Shown piece by piece: positions 26,594 to 38,720 of a stretch of DNA of 64,000 nucleotides (position 1 is the first letter of the stretch; every line of letters begins with the position of its first letter). Source of the DNA: Octopus vulgaris (taxonomy: Eukaryota). The notes under the pieces are model-generated. The model saw nothing but the letters and a program-made list of their open reading frames with translations. It did not search any database and had not been told where the DNA came from. The translations under genes were made by a program, and so were the position numbers. The stretch spans positions 35,650,001-35,714,000 of the forward strand of contig OX597832.1 in assembly GCA_951406725.2 (NCBI GenBank), read 5' to 3'.

Positions 26594-28145
26594 AATAAAG
26601 TGATAATTTTGTTAGTATAATAAAAAATTCACTTATCAAATCATCAGCAATTAATAAGTAAAGTTTGATAAAGGTTTCAGTTACTTTTACATTTCTGAAA
26701 CAACCTTTTTCCCTCTAAGGCTTTGGCCTGCAGCACAGCCTGGTCATTTGAAAATTACTGCCCAGTTTAATTTGAGGCCCCCCACCAGAAAACAACTGAA
26801 TTTCAAAATTTAACATATGTGTATATGTGTGTATATTTTTACAATCATTGTTAAAATATTCAAAAGAATATGTAATATACTTAACAGTTGCAATAAATTG
26901 TATAATGGCGAGTTGGTTTGCTGGTGAGTTGACTGTATATGACCCCTAAATGATATACAGATTAGTAATGTGCAACTGTCTCGGCAAAAATATAAAAATC
27001 AGCAACAGTTACACATCTGCAAAATTTTTATATCAGGGTTTAAGTATGAGTATACGGCAGTTTTTTTTTGGGTAATTTTTGTTTTTTATGAATTAAATGA
27101 TGGGAAGAGCCAGGGAAGTTTTTAAAGAGAAGTTTTTTTCCATTGAGATTTTTAGCTCCTTTTTCACTTAATATTAACCATATGAATGATAATTCTTTTA
27201 TTCTTTTGTTTCAGTCATTTGACTGTGGCCATGCTGGAACACCACCTTTATTTAATAAATATTTATATCAAATTCTTATATAATTTTTACTTCAAGAAAC
27301 CATTCAAATTGAAAGACCTGTCAAGTTTATCTGAGTACTGTACTCAATTATATTGAACTTGACTTAAAATGTTTTTCTAATCTCTATAATAAAACAGAGC
27401 TGTGTGTATATTCGTTTTTCATGCCAAAATGGCTGCGTGAATTACTTCCATACTTGGCATGTGTAAAGGATTTCATTCCAGAAGAATAATAGGGTATTCA
27501 GTTTATTTATTTTTTTTTTCCTACAAATATCTTCCATGCTGCAATTGTTTTTGTTTCAGCACACAATCTCAGATCAAGTCACTTGCTATGCAAGTACATC
27601 TCTGTAATGTATTGATACTTTTCAATAAATACATGCACTCATGAAAATGGAGAGTGGCTTGGAATGTGCTAGAAACAACAGCCAAATATCCCTTAAATTG
27701 TACTCCTTTCCCTCTGAAAATATTTACAATTTCTTTTTTTTATTTTTTACCATAAAGGCTTCTCCCAAGGTTGTTACTTCTTTCGGTAAGTTATTGTAGA
27801 TGTTTGCAAATAGTAAATTAAAACTCGAAATGAAAACATCCAAAGATAAAGTGAGAGAATTTGCAAATGAAAACAAGCAATTCTCCATTGCTACATCCAT
27901 ACCAGAAGTTGATATTGATCATTTTGGCCACCATGGGGTTTGCAGTAAATCACTATATCATCCATAACTTTTGTATTATCCACTCAAATTACATCAAAAT
28001 CTCAGACAATACCAATTAATATTGTATTTATTGTCTGTGAAAATTATAGAATATAAAACAACTTTGATAAAAGCTTATACCTACTTTTCTGACGAAAACA
28101 ATGCCGTTCTGAACATTTTGGTCACACCTGTATATATACACATAT

Positions 28146-28335
28146 ATACGACGGGCTTCTTTCAGTTTCCGTCTACCAAATCCACTCACAAGGCTTTGGT
28201 TGGCCTGAGACTATAGTAGAAGACACTTGCCCAAGGTACCACGTAGTGGGACTTAACCTGGAACCATGTGGTTGGTAAGCAAGCTACTTATCACACAGCC
28301 ACTCCTGTGCCTATACACACAGCCACTCCTACGCT
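28146..28335 (-). mobile_element. CORE-type SINE family A, 5' half with duplicated 5' end
   Basis: Near-identical to 23855-24010; CACACAGCCACTCCT occurs twice in tandem (28292, 28316). Confidence 0.9.
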
Positions 28336-28669
28336 TACAAAATAAATTTTTATTTTGCAATACTGGATGTATCAGGTAATAAAAAAGCAACACCTTTGAG
28401 TCAAATCAAATCATACAAATAAGGGCTTTTTGGTGAACTACTGTCTGTTTACCATACTTGCTTGCATCCAATTAGTAAAATATAAATTTTCAATATATCC
28501 TGTTTATTAGTTATTATATAGTTTTCATCAATTTTTAAGAAATGAATTTTAAAATTTTCCTTTACAATTGCCTTCAAATTACTCCCATGTTTATTCATAT
28601 TTTTAAAAACTTTCTTGAGGAAATCTCCAGCTAGTTGCCATCTCCCCACCCTGTAGAGGCAGGGCATTT

Positions 28670-28716
28670 AAAATTTGATTTACCCAGGGTGTCAGCTTAC
28701 CCTAGGGCTGGCCCTG
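28670..28716. mobile_element. hAT-like terminus
   Basis: CCCAGGGTGTCAGCTTACCCTAGGGCTGGCCCTG resembles a CAGGGCCGGCCC-type hAT TIR with a subterminal palindrome; partner end not found. Confidence 0.4.
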
Positions 28717-29794
28717 GCCACATTGGATATGTTACAAGAGATGTGTCTGATTTTCAGTTCTAGATTTGATCTCAATAAGGAGAAGATATTTTTTTTTCAT
28801 ATTAGCCAGAAAAACTCTGTGAATTAGAAAAGAATAGTTGAAGAAATAGCAAAAATCAATAGGGACAATGAAAATATCCAAATAGCAAACTTTGGAAATG
28901 GTTAGTTTCACAAATTTCATCTACAAACAGTTTTGTTGTAACCATATTGAACAAATATATTCTTACTAGTTTTGTAAACAACAGAAATAACATCCAACAA
29001 TCAATTTCTTTAAGAAAAAATGCTGAAATTTCTAACACCATTTAAACCTTTATCTCATACTAGAAACTAGTTTACAAAGAAAATGCAAACAGAGGCTATA
29101 TTTTACAAGAGATGTTTATTGGAACTAAATATACTCACTTGAAATGTCAGTGGGAACCAGAAAATATTTCAAATTAGTGAAATAGAAAAAAAAAAATGGA
29201 TAACAACATTAAAGTTTTGAATTGTCTTATGAGATTTCCAAGAAAATAAGTGAGACAGAGAATGGTAATTTTATGTTTAATTAGTTTAGACTAAATATTC
29301 ACCCGAAAACTTATATAATCTAAAACTTGTATAATCTAACCTGAAACATTCCACCACCTGTAATATGAGTTTAAGAGAAAAGATCTGTTCTCAAACAAAT
29401 GTTTATCATGGCTCATCAGAAATATGCAATACAAAGTTAATAAAAGAAAATCAGGAAAACGAATGACTTTTTTTTTTTTATCATTTCATAGATAACCGAG
29501 ATGTTAATAGGTAAAATGAAAATTCTGAAATAGAACAAAGACTATATTTCATATCTGAAATGGCAACTCTCTGTTCATTTTTGACTTTGTTTCAGAAGCT
29601 CACTACCAACAGAATCAAGGCAGCAGCATCTCTTTCACCCACTTTCTCACACAAACACTCTTAGACAAAGACTCAAACACTCGATTCTTGGCAATTAAAC
29701 TTATCAGTCTTTGCTGCTGATGGAAATCATCATCCATGTCATTAGATTCTGGATGTCAACCTTTTTTAAAATACATTAAAAAAGTTCCTAATTC

Positions 29795-30062
29795 ATAGGT
29801 TGTGTTGTCAAGAGACTTGCTTCACAAACATGTGGTTCTGGGTTCAATCCCACTGCATGGCATCTTGGGTGTCTTCTCCAATAGCCCCAGGTTGACCAAT
29901 GCTTTGTGAGTGAATTTGATTGAAAGAAACTGGGAACTGTGTAGAAGCCCATCATACATGTGTGCATGCATGCATGAATGTTTGTATGTGTATCTTTGTG
30001 TCTGTGTTTATTTTCCCACTTGCACATGACAACTGGTGTTGGTTTGTTTATGTTCGTAAAGC
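29795..30062 (+). mobile_element. CORE-type SINE family A, diverged
   Basis: GGTTCTGGGTTCAATCCCACTGCATGGCATCTTGGGTGTCTTCTCCAATAGCC... with B-box GGTTCAATCCC. Confidence 0.75.
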
Positions 30063-30757
30063 AGCTTGATTTTCAATTAGAAGTTATTTTGAAAAATTTA
30101 TTGAAGCTGTTATCTTTGACTCAAAGATTTGGAAAAAGAAACACACAAAGAAAGAAAATATAGATTTCTACCTTAATTTAGTGCATGCTGTATAATTGGT
30201 AAAATCAACTGCTGACATTATTGTGATAAGATTATACGTGTATGACTTAAAGGTTTCAAAGACTCTTTTGACTGGGTCTTGGATCATTTCATAAAAAACT
30301 AGAAGCATGAAATTTTGAAGACAGAAACCCTTGGAAATAAATGCAAAAGGAATGAGTGGAAAGACAATTCACATAGATCTAGAAAGGTTAAGTTTATTAA
30401 ATGAGATTGGAATAATCAAATGAATACTAATTATGATGATGACAACCATTTACCTTTCAATATGACAGTCCCGAACGGAATGGCACTGAATACAAATCAC
30501 TGAAAAGTCATTAGAATTCAGCATCCCTGGGAATATAAGGATTTTCAAAAGAAAAACAGACACCCAAAAGAAAATTACATTTAAAGCAGATATAATGGCG
30601 GTGCCCCAGCATGGCCACAGCTTGTGAGCTGAAACTAGATAAAATAAAATAAAAAAAAATACTGAGATGGATTAACTAATAATGGATATTATTACAACTG
30701 AGGATTATTTACGTTATTTACATTTGAAGGATAGTTGTCCTCATCTTGTTTGTTGCT

Positions 30758-30803
30758 AACACAACATTTCAGCTGATATACCCTCCAGCCTTCATCAGGT
30801 GTC
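30758..30803 (-). ncRNA. Minimal type-I hammerhead, left arm
   Basis: GACAC-CTGATGA-A-GGCTG-gagggtatat-CAGCT-GAAA-TGTT-GTGTT; CpG-type change C->T right after GAAA. Confidence 0.75.
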
Positions 30804-30870
30804 TTGGGAAATTTCGAACCTGGGTTCTCATTTCAAAGGTATTTTTTGATGTTGTTGTTGTTGTTATTAC

Positions 30871-30908
<38 letters not shown>

Positions 30909-30991
30909 TCATGCCTGGAATCAAACTCGGAATCTTGGAGTTAGTAGCCTGCACTCTTAACCACTATGCCACGGCCATACTGTATGCCCAT

Positions 30992-31067
30992 GGGCATATG
31001 GCATAGTGGTTAAGAGTGTGGGCTACTAACCCAAAGATTCTGAGTTTGATTCCTGGCAGTGACCTGA
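30992..31067 (+). promoter_or_regulatory. tRNA-like Pol III type-2 promoter cassette (mirror copy at ~30903-30971 on minus)
   Basis: A-box TGGCATAGTGG (30999-31009), anticodon-like arm TGGGCTACTAACCCA, B-box GAGTTTGATTCC (31042-31053; GAGTTCGATTCC in the PLE copy). No good acceptor stem, so not a functional tRNA. Confidence 0.7.
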
Positions 31068-31117
31068 ATAATAATAATAATAACATTGAAAAATACTCAG
31101 GTTTGAAATTTCCCCAA

Positions 31118-31163
31118 GACACCTGATGAAGGCTGGAGGGTATATCAGCTGAATCGTTGTGTT
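31118..31163 (+). ncRNA. Minimal type-I hammerhead, right arm
   Basis: GACAC-CTGATGA-A-GGCTG-gagggtatat-CAGCT-GAAT-CGTT-GTGTT; GAAA->GAAT lesion. Confidence 0.75.
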
Positions 31164-32077
31164 AACAACAAACAAGATGAGGACAAATATCCATCAATTG
31201 TAAATAATGTAGATAATTCCTCATCTCTTAAATATAGAACTGTGCAATTGAGGAGTTGCTTGTTTCTTTACTAAGTTTACTGAAGGGAAAACTATTGAAG
31301 GGGATGATGTGTGGGACTAATCTTTTAATCTTGAGAGAAAGTGTTTTATAGGAGATTACTGAATGTTAAGATTATTTGATTAACCAAAAACCTTAATCAA
31401 ATGAAAACAAGACTACACATTTTGAGAGTCAAATATTTTTGTATATCGGTTACACACACACAACTAAAATTACAATGATTTTTATTTACCAAAGCCAGAG
31501 ATAAAGAACTCTAATGTTAAAGGTTTTCTGAAATCATAGAACTTCACTTTGAGGTGGAAGACGTATCTCCAACTGTTTGAAGAAAGTTTAATTCATTTTA
31601 ATGGTTTCTTTAGTCATATTTTGTCTTCTAATAGACTTGATTTTGTATTTTTGCAGCATTCTGAAGAGAAATTAATTCAAATCTTTTATCTAAAAGATTT
31701 TATTTATCAATCGGAACAATTCAAATAAATGTACAGCAATAAATTTAACTTTACAAATAATTTGCTTTCCTCTTAACCTACAAAGATTTTATCACAATAT
31801 TCACTTAGTCATTTAATTTTCAATTCAATAAAATATCATTTTATGATTTAACTAAAAAATTATTGATTGAATTCCTAGAAGTATTGATAAACATGATTGT
31901 CTAATTAAATATGCAAAAAAAAAGAACAAAGATAGATAGATATTGGTGAAAAATATAAAACATTATAAAATATTTATAATAGAGAAGATTTTAACAATAT
32001 TTTATCAAACAAATTAGTAAAGTGTATGTATTACTGTTGTAGAGATATGAGTGTAAACTAAATGTGTGTGTTTATAT

Positions 32078-32268
32078 ACATGCCGGTGGCACGTAAAAAA
32101 GCACCCACTACACTCTCGGAGTGGTTGGCGTTAGGAAGGGCATCCAGCTGTAGAAACTCTGCCAGATCAAGATTGGAGCCTGGTGCAGCCATCTGGCTCA
32201 CTAGCCCTCAGTCAAAATCGTCCAACCCATGCTAGCATGGAAAGCGGACGTTAAACGATGATGATGAT
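32078..32268 (+). mobile_element. RTE 3'-tail copy, young
   Basis: TGCCGGTGGCACGTAAAAAAGCACCC...GGTTGGCGTTAGGAAGGGCATCCAGCTGTAG...GCGGACGTTAAACGATGATGATG with CpGs retained. Confidence 0.9.
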
Positions 32269-32759
32269 ACATATACACAATAGAATATAGAAAATAAAAA
32301 TCTTTTGAAAAATAAGGAGCATCAATCCATGAAACAGAACAAAATATAGGTTATTGACCAAAGCTATATTGATTGAGGTCAGAGCATTTTCCTGAAGTTT
32401 CAATCATAGTAATACTTAAAACAAAGATAAACAGTGCCTTCACTAAATATGTACTCTTTGCTATTATAGAAGCATATTTCTATTCATTTTATTTAAGTTT
32501 TATTTTCCTGTATAATACGACAGTATATGGAGTTTGTATCTCGTGATGGCAGTGAGACTGCCACAACCACCGTCATCCCCACTGCCACTACCATTATCAT
32601 CATCATTGTCTTGTTTTACGTCTTAATTTTTGTGCTGGTATGAGTTAGCAGGCACTTTTTGAAGCAAAAATGTCATATGACATTATGCACTTTTTGGTGC
32701 AACTATTTTAGTGGCCAACTACAACACACAGTGTACCTATTCTAAAAAATTAGACTATT

Positions 32760-32996
32760 CACTTGTTTCAGCCATTGGACTGTGGCCATGCTGTGGCACC
32801 TTCTTGAAGGGTTTAGTCAAACAAACTAACACTAGTGCTTTTTTTCTAAGATAAGTACTTTAATTTTTGGTCGCTTTTTGCTGAACCACTAAGTTACAGG
32901 GGTTTAAACAAACCAACACTGATTGTCAAGTGGTGGGGGGCAGACAAGCACCAATATAAACACACACACACACACACATACATATGACAGGCTTCA
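32760..32996 (-). mobile_element. CORE-type SINE family A, 3' half
   Basis: ACTTGTTTCAGCCATTGGACTGTGGCCATGCTG...CTAAGTTACAGGGG...(CA)n. Confidence 0.75.
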
Positions 32997-34499
32997 TTTG
33001 GTAAGAAGTATTTCTCTATAATGAAATGGTGATTCTTGTTCAGTTACCAATATTCTTTAATGTAGACAAAACATTGAAAAGTCTCTTCTTCCAAAGACAA
33101 TCTCCACCCACAAAAAGTTCATGTCAATCCTCCTTACTCATCATCATGACAGTATTTCGGTTTAATTCTGAAGAACAATAGTTTAACAATTCACACTACG
33201 CTTTATCTTTACATTTTTAAAATGCCTGCAGGCAAATCCTGCAATTAAAAACACATCTAAAAGATTATGGCTGACCCTTCATTTAAACTAATAAATCTTA
33301 TTTGTCTATTCTATTCTAATTTTAATGACTTTATTACAAAATACTGGGGCACATACAACTGAGCATCAGGTCTATGGTTTTCAAATGCTTAAAGGAGTAT
33401 CTGGTTGCTTAATGGATTCAAAAAATATAATAGAAGTTTTTAGAAAATTCATTCTAATTCCTAAATGTCATGGAAAACTTGTTATCCATAACTCGGTCAT
33501 TACCCATCACTACACTATCAGTAAAAATGTTTGTTAGTCATGCATGTACCTTCATAAATTGTTCAAAGTGAAAGTCTTAAAGCCTGTGTTGTGTTATGTT
33601 ATCTATATGTTGAAACACACAAACAACTCCCCAAAATAGCTAAATGTATTATATACACATACAGTCTTTTTTGAAGTTTGTATTGTGTTGACATACTTGC
33701 ACATGAAATTCCTGCATTTCTAATGAAAACTTGTAAGTTACTAAGTGACAACATTACCTATTTATCTATCTTTCACACACATACAACACACTCTCTCTCT
33801 CTCTTTCTCTCTCAACAACAACTTTTCTCCTCCCCTCCTTCCCTCTCTCTACACAGATGTTGTTATGGACAGAAAAAAAATAAGCTTCTGTTTTATAATA
33901 TAAGATTTTGTTGCACACGGGGCCATCATAGTTGCATTATAGGCCCCTGAGCAAATCAATGAATTGGAATCTATAGTATTTATTTATTGACAGTAAAGGT
34001 CCCTGGGTAAGCTCCCATTGCGCCCCTCGGCAACCTTCCATTGCACCTTAAGATAGTTCTGGTTATACATGCTTATGATTAATAAGCAAAGTATGCAAAA
34101 GCTTTCTGGATTTTTTTTTCTAAAATTTAAACTTTAAAACCATTCCTTTTTTAAAACTTACCAAGCGAAGGACACCAGTAAATTTTATATTTGATCTCCA
34201 GTGGGCAAGGAAGTAAAAAACATACTGAGATCCACAGCTCTAGATTGTATCATATAAAACAAATGGCAGTGATTTCATCTCATGAAGAAAATGTCAGGGC
34301 ATCATATGACATACTGCCCAAAGTCCCACATGTAGGTAACTGTAGTGAAAATAAACTACAAGACACATAACAGAGAACTGTGTCAGTAATGTGGATAGAA
34401 CTATCATACTAATAGGAATATTACAAAAAGCAAAAGTTAAATACAAATTAAATATAACTAACAGTACACACTTTACAGTCATTCACTATTTAGAACCAA

Positions 34500-34670
34500 T
34501 AGTCAGTCACTAGATACACTATGAAGGTCTTAGTCAGTCACTATACATTCTATGAAGGGCCTGGAGCCAGTTACTGCTGCATACTATATAGAGCATACAG
34601 TCAGTTACTATATACAATATGGAAGGCCTAAAGTCAGTCACTGTTACATCCTATGTAGGGCCTACACTGA
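34500..34670 (+). repeat. Degenerate minisatellite (~31-36 bp)
   Basis: Recurring AGTCAGTCACT...ATAC...TATGAAGG(G)CCT units. Confidence 0.7.
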
Positions 34671-34940
34671 GTGTACTTCTTTGGTACACACAGTGCTTCT
34701 TGAGAAAGATTTATTGATAGAATTCTTAATAGACTTTTGTCATTCATGTCTCTGTAATATTTAAGAGAAACGGAGAGCAGGAAAGGAGAGGGGATGAGGT
34801 GTGATGACAATATTTTAGTCTCATTGCTTGAGCAATCAAACTACTTCAAGAAAATATTCACAAATAGTAAATATCACCGAATTGTTTACTAACAAACATT
34901 TGTTCCCCAGCATCTGTGTATGTGTGTGTACGTGTGTGTG

Positions 34941-35018
<78 letters not shown>

Positions 35019-36860
35019 CTTTCTATATTGTTCAGCATTACAGGAGAGTTGATAACAAATGATTCCAAACCAGTGGTTAACTTAAGTGGAATGTAAAAGA
35101 GAAAGTGACAGATGCCAATGGAAATTAGGGAAAATTGGTCCAAAAGGCTTTCAAAGATTAGCTATTGGCAAAAATCAATGCTTTGAAATGATTACATAAA
35201 GGTCAATTATTTTTGAAATTAATACTGTAGTCTAGAGATAATTTTCTCACAGAGGACTTTGTGTGTGTTTGTGTCCTACACTATTGATACTATAGAATAG
35301 TGAAAAGGAAAGAATCTGATCAGCTGTATATTGTCAATAAATTATCGATAGCAATAGTTTCCATTATAATTAACCAAGATTCTGTCATTTGCTTTGACTT
35401 CAGAAAGGTTTTCATGGAGCACAGGAGCTAAATTAGTAAATCTTCTTAGACTTGGTTCTAAATTACAGAAATATGACAACTAATTCTAGAAATTATTGTA
35501 TTTTTTTTTCTCTAATCCCTTACTACATTATATTATTCTGTTTGTAGCAAACTGAGGAGATTTGGGATATGTTCCAAGATAAGCTTGTGCATTGGTGAAA
35601 CCCATTGGTAAATATTGAAGCAACATTGAATGGCAGGTTATATATAACTGAACAGCAACAGTAAATGCCAGGGTATACATTATCAATTAGTCTAGACCAT
35701 ACAACAAGACCCTTTCCAAGTGTTAAGTTTGTGTGTGAGGGGGGTGGATGGATTGGAGGTGGAAATATTGGCAGCATCTTTACCATTAATGTGTTATAAT
35801 CAAGTGAAGAACCATTTAATTTCCAGGATCCTGCATTAACTGTTCAATAAGACATGTAATGAAAGGTGTTCCACATGTGATAAACCTATCCTTTATCCAA
35901 GATTATTTTATATATTGCATTTATCATTTTAAAAATGGCACAATGTGATTTGAGGGACATTTGGCTGCTAGTTCTAGCAGAATTACTAATCAATACATCA
36001 TGAGTCACTGAACTCACTAGAAATATACAGATACTAGCAGATACTGAAACAGTTAAACTAGGATTGAATTCCATCTCCAATAGCAAAAATATTTCTCCAG
36101 ATTCTCTTCTTGATATCAGGGCAATGTCTTCAGTGGAAGAATTGATCTAATAATAAACATATCTAGTAACTACATTAATACAATAAGTATTTGGTAGCTA
36201 TCAATTATATATAGATATATATCTGATGTCACTGATGTCATGCGTTTTTGTCAGATCAACAACAAATGGAAATGAGATGTAAAACATGAAGCATTATACT
36301 AACAAAGATGTAAGTTCCTTTTCAGTGGACAGCGAATAGTTTAACATTGATGATCTGTCTGGAGATAGTAATCAGGGTGGATATAAACAATATCACACTT
36401 CAATCAGTCTGACCTAATCAATATCAACATCTACAACCTCGATTGACATTTCAACATTTTCTCATGTGAAGATTACAATAAATCACAGTGACCTTGCTAA
36501 GACTTCAAACAGAATAAAGCTGCCAAGGAATAGTTAATTAATAATAAGAATAATCATAAGAAACAACAACAACAACAACAATAAGATTCAATATTACCAT
36601 CATTATTTTAAAGTCCACTTTTCTATTTGCAAGGATTGGACAAAAATCTTTGGAGGTCGTTGTCAATCCTTGTCTGTTTCCAAGCAAGATTAAGTTCCTG
36701 CAATCATTTGAAAACAAACAACACAGTGGCCAGATATGTTTTCGTGAGAAGATTGCAAACAAACAACACTTGCATCATGATAACATTTGTCTACACGGAG
36801 CATTCAATATCAAGACAAACAGAAATGAACAAATGGACACTCACAGAGACATGCACATCA

Positions 36861-38530
36861 TAATGGCTGACAAGAAATTTCATTCGTCTTTCCCGATATG
36901 TATGCAAACTCATTAGATATGCAAAACTGCTTGCATTTTTCTTTGCACATGCATACTTGTTAGATAACTGACACACTAATGTAGTTTGACGTAAACTTTC
37001 AATGAAACAGGTATTTTATGAGCTTGAGATCAGCCTGAAAATGGAGAACTGAAATGAACATTATTGAGACATCAATAAAGATATGAAAGCAGCAGAAACC
37101 TGTAGAAAGGTATGTGAGGTGTACAGAGGGGATGCTGTTATAGGTTGTGCGTGCCAAAGGTGATTTTCAAGATTTCGATTGGAAAATGTTTTGGTTCAAG
37201 GTGCACCTTATTGTGGCTGGCCAGCTGAGATTAACAACAACAAAATGAAGGAGTTATTTGACAGCAATCTCCATCATATGACCAGAATGATTACAGACAT
37301 TCTCCAGAAATCCAAACTGAGTGTTGAAAACCTTCTGCATCAACTTGGTTAAATCAACAGGCTAAATATTTGGGCCCCACAGCGTTTGAATGAGGACAAC
37401 ATGGACCAACAAATGTCCATCTGCGATTTGTTGCAGATACCTGAAGAAAACAATACTTTTTTTTAATGGAATGGTGACAGGGGACAAAAAAGAGATCGTC
37501 TGCAATAATGTGGTAAAGTGCAAACGATCATGAGGGAAGCATGGCCACCCACCCCCAACAATCCTCAAAGCAGGATTTCACCGAAAGAAGGTTCTACTTT
37601 CGGTTTGGGGTGAATAGAAAGAGTGTTGTCTTTTATGAGCTTCCTGCCATGAACAGAACTATCAGTTCAGAGGTGTACTGAGACCAGCTGGACAAATTAA
37701 ATGCAGTGATCCATTAGAAGCGTCCAGAACTTGCTAATCATAAATGCATTGTCTTTCATCATGACAATACAAGAATGGACATCATCACCATCATCATTGT
37801 TTAACGTCTGTTTTCCATGCTGGCATGGGTTGGACGGTTTGACTGAGGTCTGGAGAGCCAGCAGCTGCATCAGGCTCCAATCTGATCTGGCAATGTTTCT
37901 ACAGCTGGATGCCCTTCCTAATACCAACCCCTCTGAGAGTGTAGTGGGTGTCTTTTTTTACATGTCTCTGGCACAGGAGCCGGTCAGGTGGGCCTGGCAT
38001 CGGCCACGTTTGGTTGGTGCTTTTTACGCACCTCTGGCATGGGAGCCAGTCAGGGGGCACTGGCCACAGCTATGATATTGGTTTTACTTGACTCAACAGG
38101 TCTTCTCAAGCATATCATATCGCATGACGCTTCAAGGGTATTCTTAACAGGGCCGAACATGCATGGCTGCAATCCCACTTTAGTTGCCAGGTCTTCTCAT
38201 CATAGCAGCAGACATTACTGGGGCTTGGCTGGGAAGTTTTGCCTCATATTTGCCTGACTTAGCACATTCACACTTCCACCAGTTTCAGTCTATTCAAAAT
38301 TCATTGAAGGGACAGACCCTTCGGTCTGTAAAGGATGTAGAAATTCACTTGGAAGAGTTCTTCACCAGTAAAGACAAGAAATTCTTTGATCAAGGGATAA
38401 AGAATCTGTCTGCAAGATGGCAGAAGATATTGAAACTAAATGGTAATTATATAATTGATTGAATAAATTGCTTTATATTTAAAACCTGTGTCTTATTATC
38501 CCTTAAGAAAAGTAAATGAACCAACCCAAT

Positions 38531-38531
<1 letters not shown>
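36861..38531 (+). mobile_element. Decayed full-length mariner interrupted by an RTE tail
   Basis: KAAETCRKVCEVY...CQR*FSRFR, MVTGDKK, FHHDNTR|insertion|...LGWEVLPH..PDLAHSHFHQFQSIQNSLKGQ...NGNYIID*. Diverged TIRs TAATGGCTGACAAG.. / ..CCAACCCAATA. Confidence 0.85.
37782..38174 (-). mobile_element. RTE 3' fragment nested in the mariner HDNARPH motif
   Basis: (ATC)n tail, CTACAGCTGGATGCCCTTCCTAAT and TGGCAC..GAGCC.GTCAGG subrepeats; mariner sequence resumes at ~38175. Confidence 0.85.
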
Positions 38532-38575
<44 letters not shown>

Positions 38576-38577
38576 TT

Positions 38578-38720
38578 AGTACAAGGCCTGTTGACTATAT
38601 CAACTGAAGAACTTGACTGGCACTTTATTTTATTGATCCTGGAGAGATGAAAATCACACTTGAAGGTTAGATTTGAACTCAGAGAGTAAAGAACCTGAAC
38701 AAATACCACAAACTCTAACA
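38578..38720 (-). mobile_element. Family B SINE, diverged
   Basis: ACAAGGCC...ACTGGCACTTTATTTTATTGATCCTGGAGAGATGAAA...ATTTGAACTCAGAG. Confidence 0.6.

Larger units (their letters stand above)
30699..31243. mobile_element. Non-coding palindromic PLE derivative: two head-to-head copies of [tRNA-like head-(AAT)n-hammerhead-PLE tail]
   Basis: Arms are reverse complements about TATGCCCA|TGGGCATA (30990/30991). Each arm matches the 3' end of the PLE at 48373-48565 and its inverted copy at 49670-49773, including the end TCTCTTAAATATAGAACTGT. Confidence 0.9.

Noticed and set aside
30992-31067. Functional tRNA gene (apparent ACT anticodon)
   Set aside because: Acceptor stem does not pair, no oligo-T terminator, and it is embedded in a repeat; treated as a tRNA-derived cassette.
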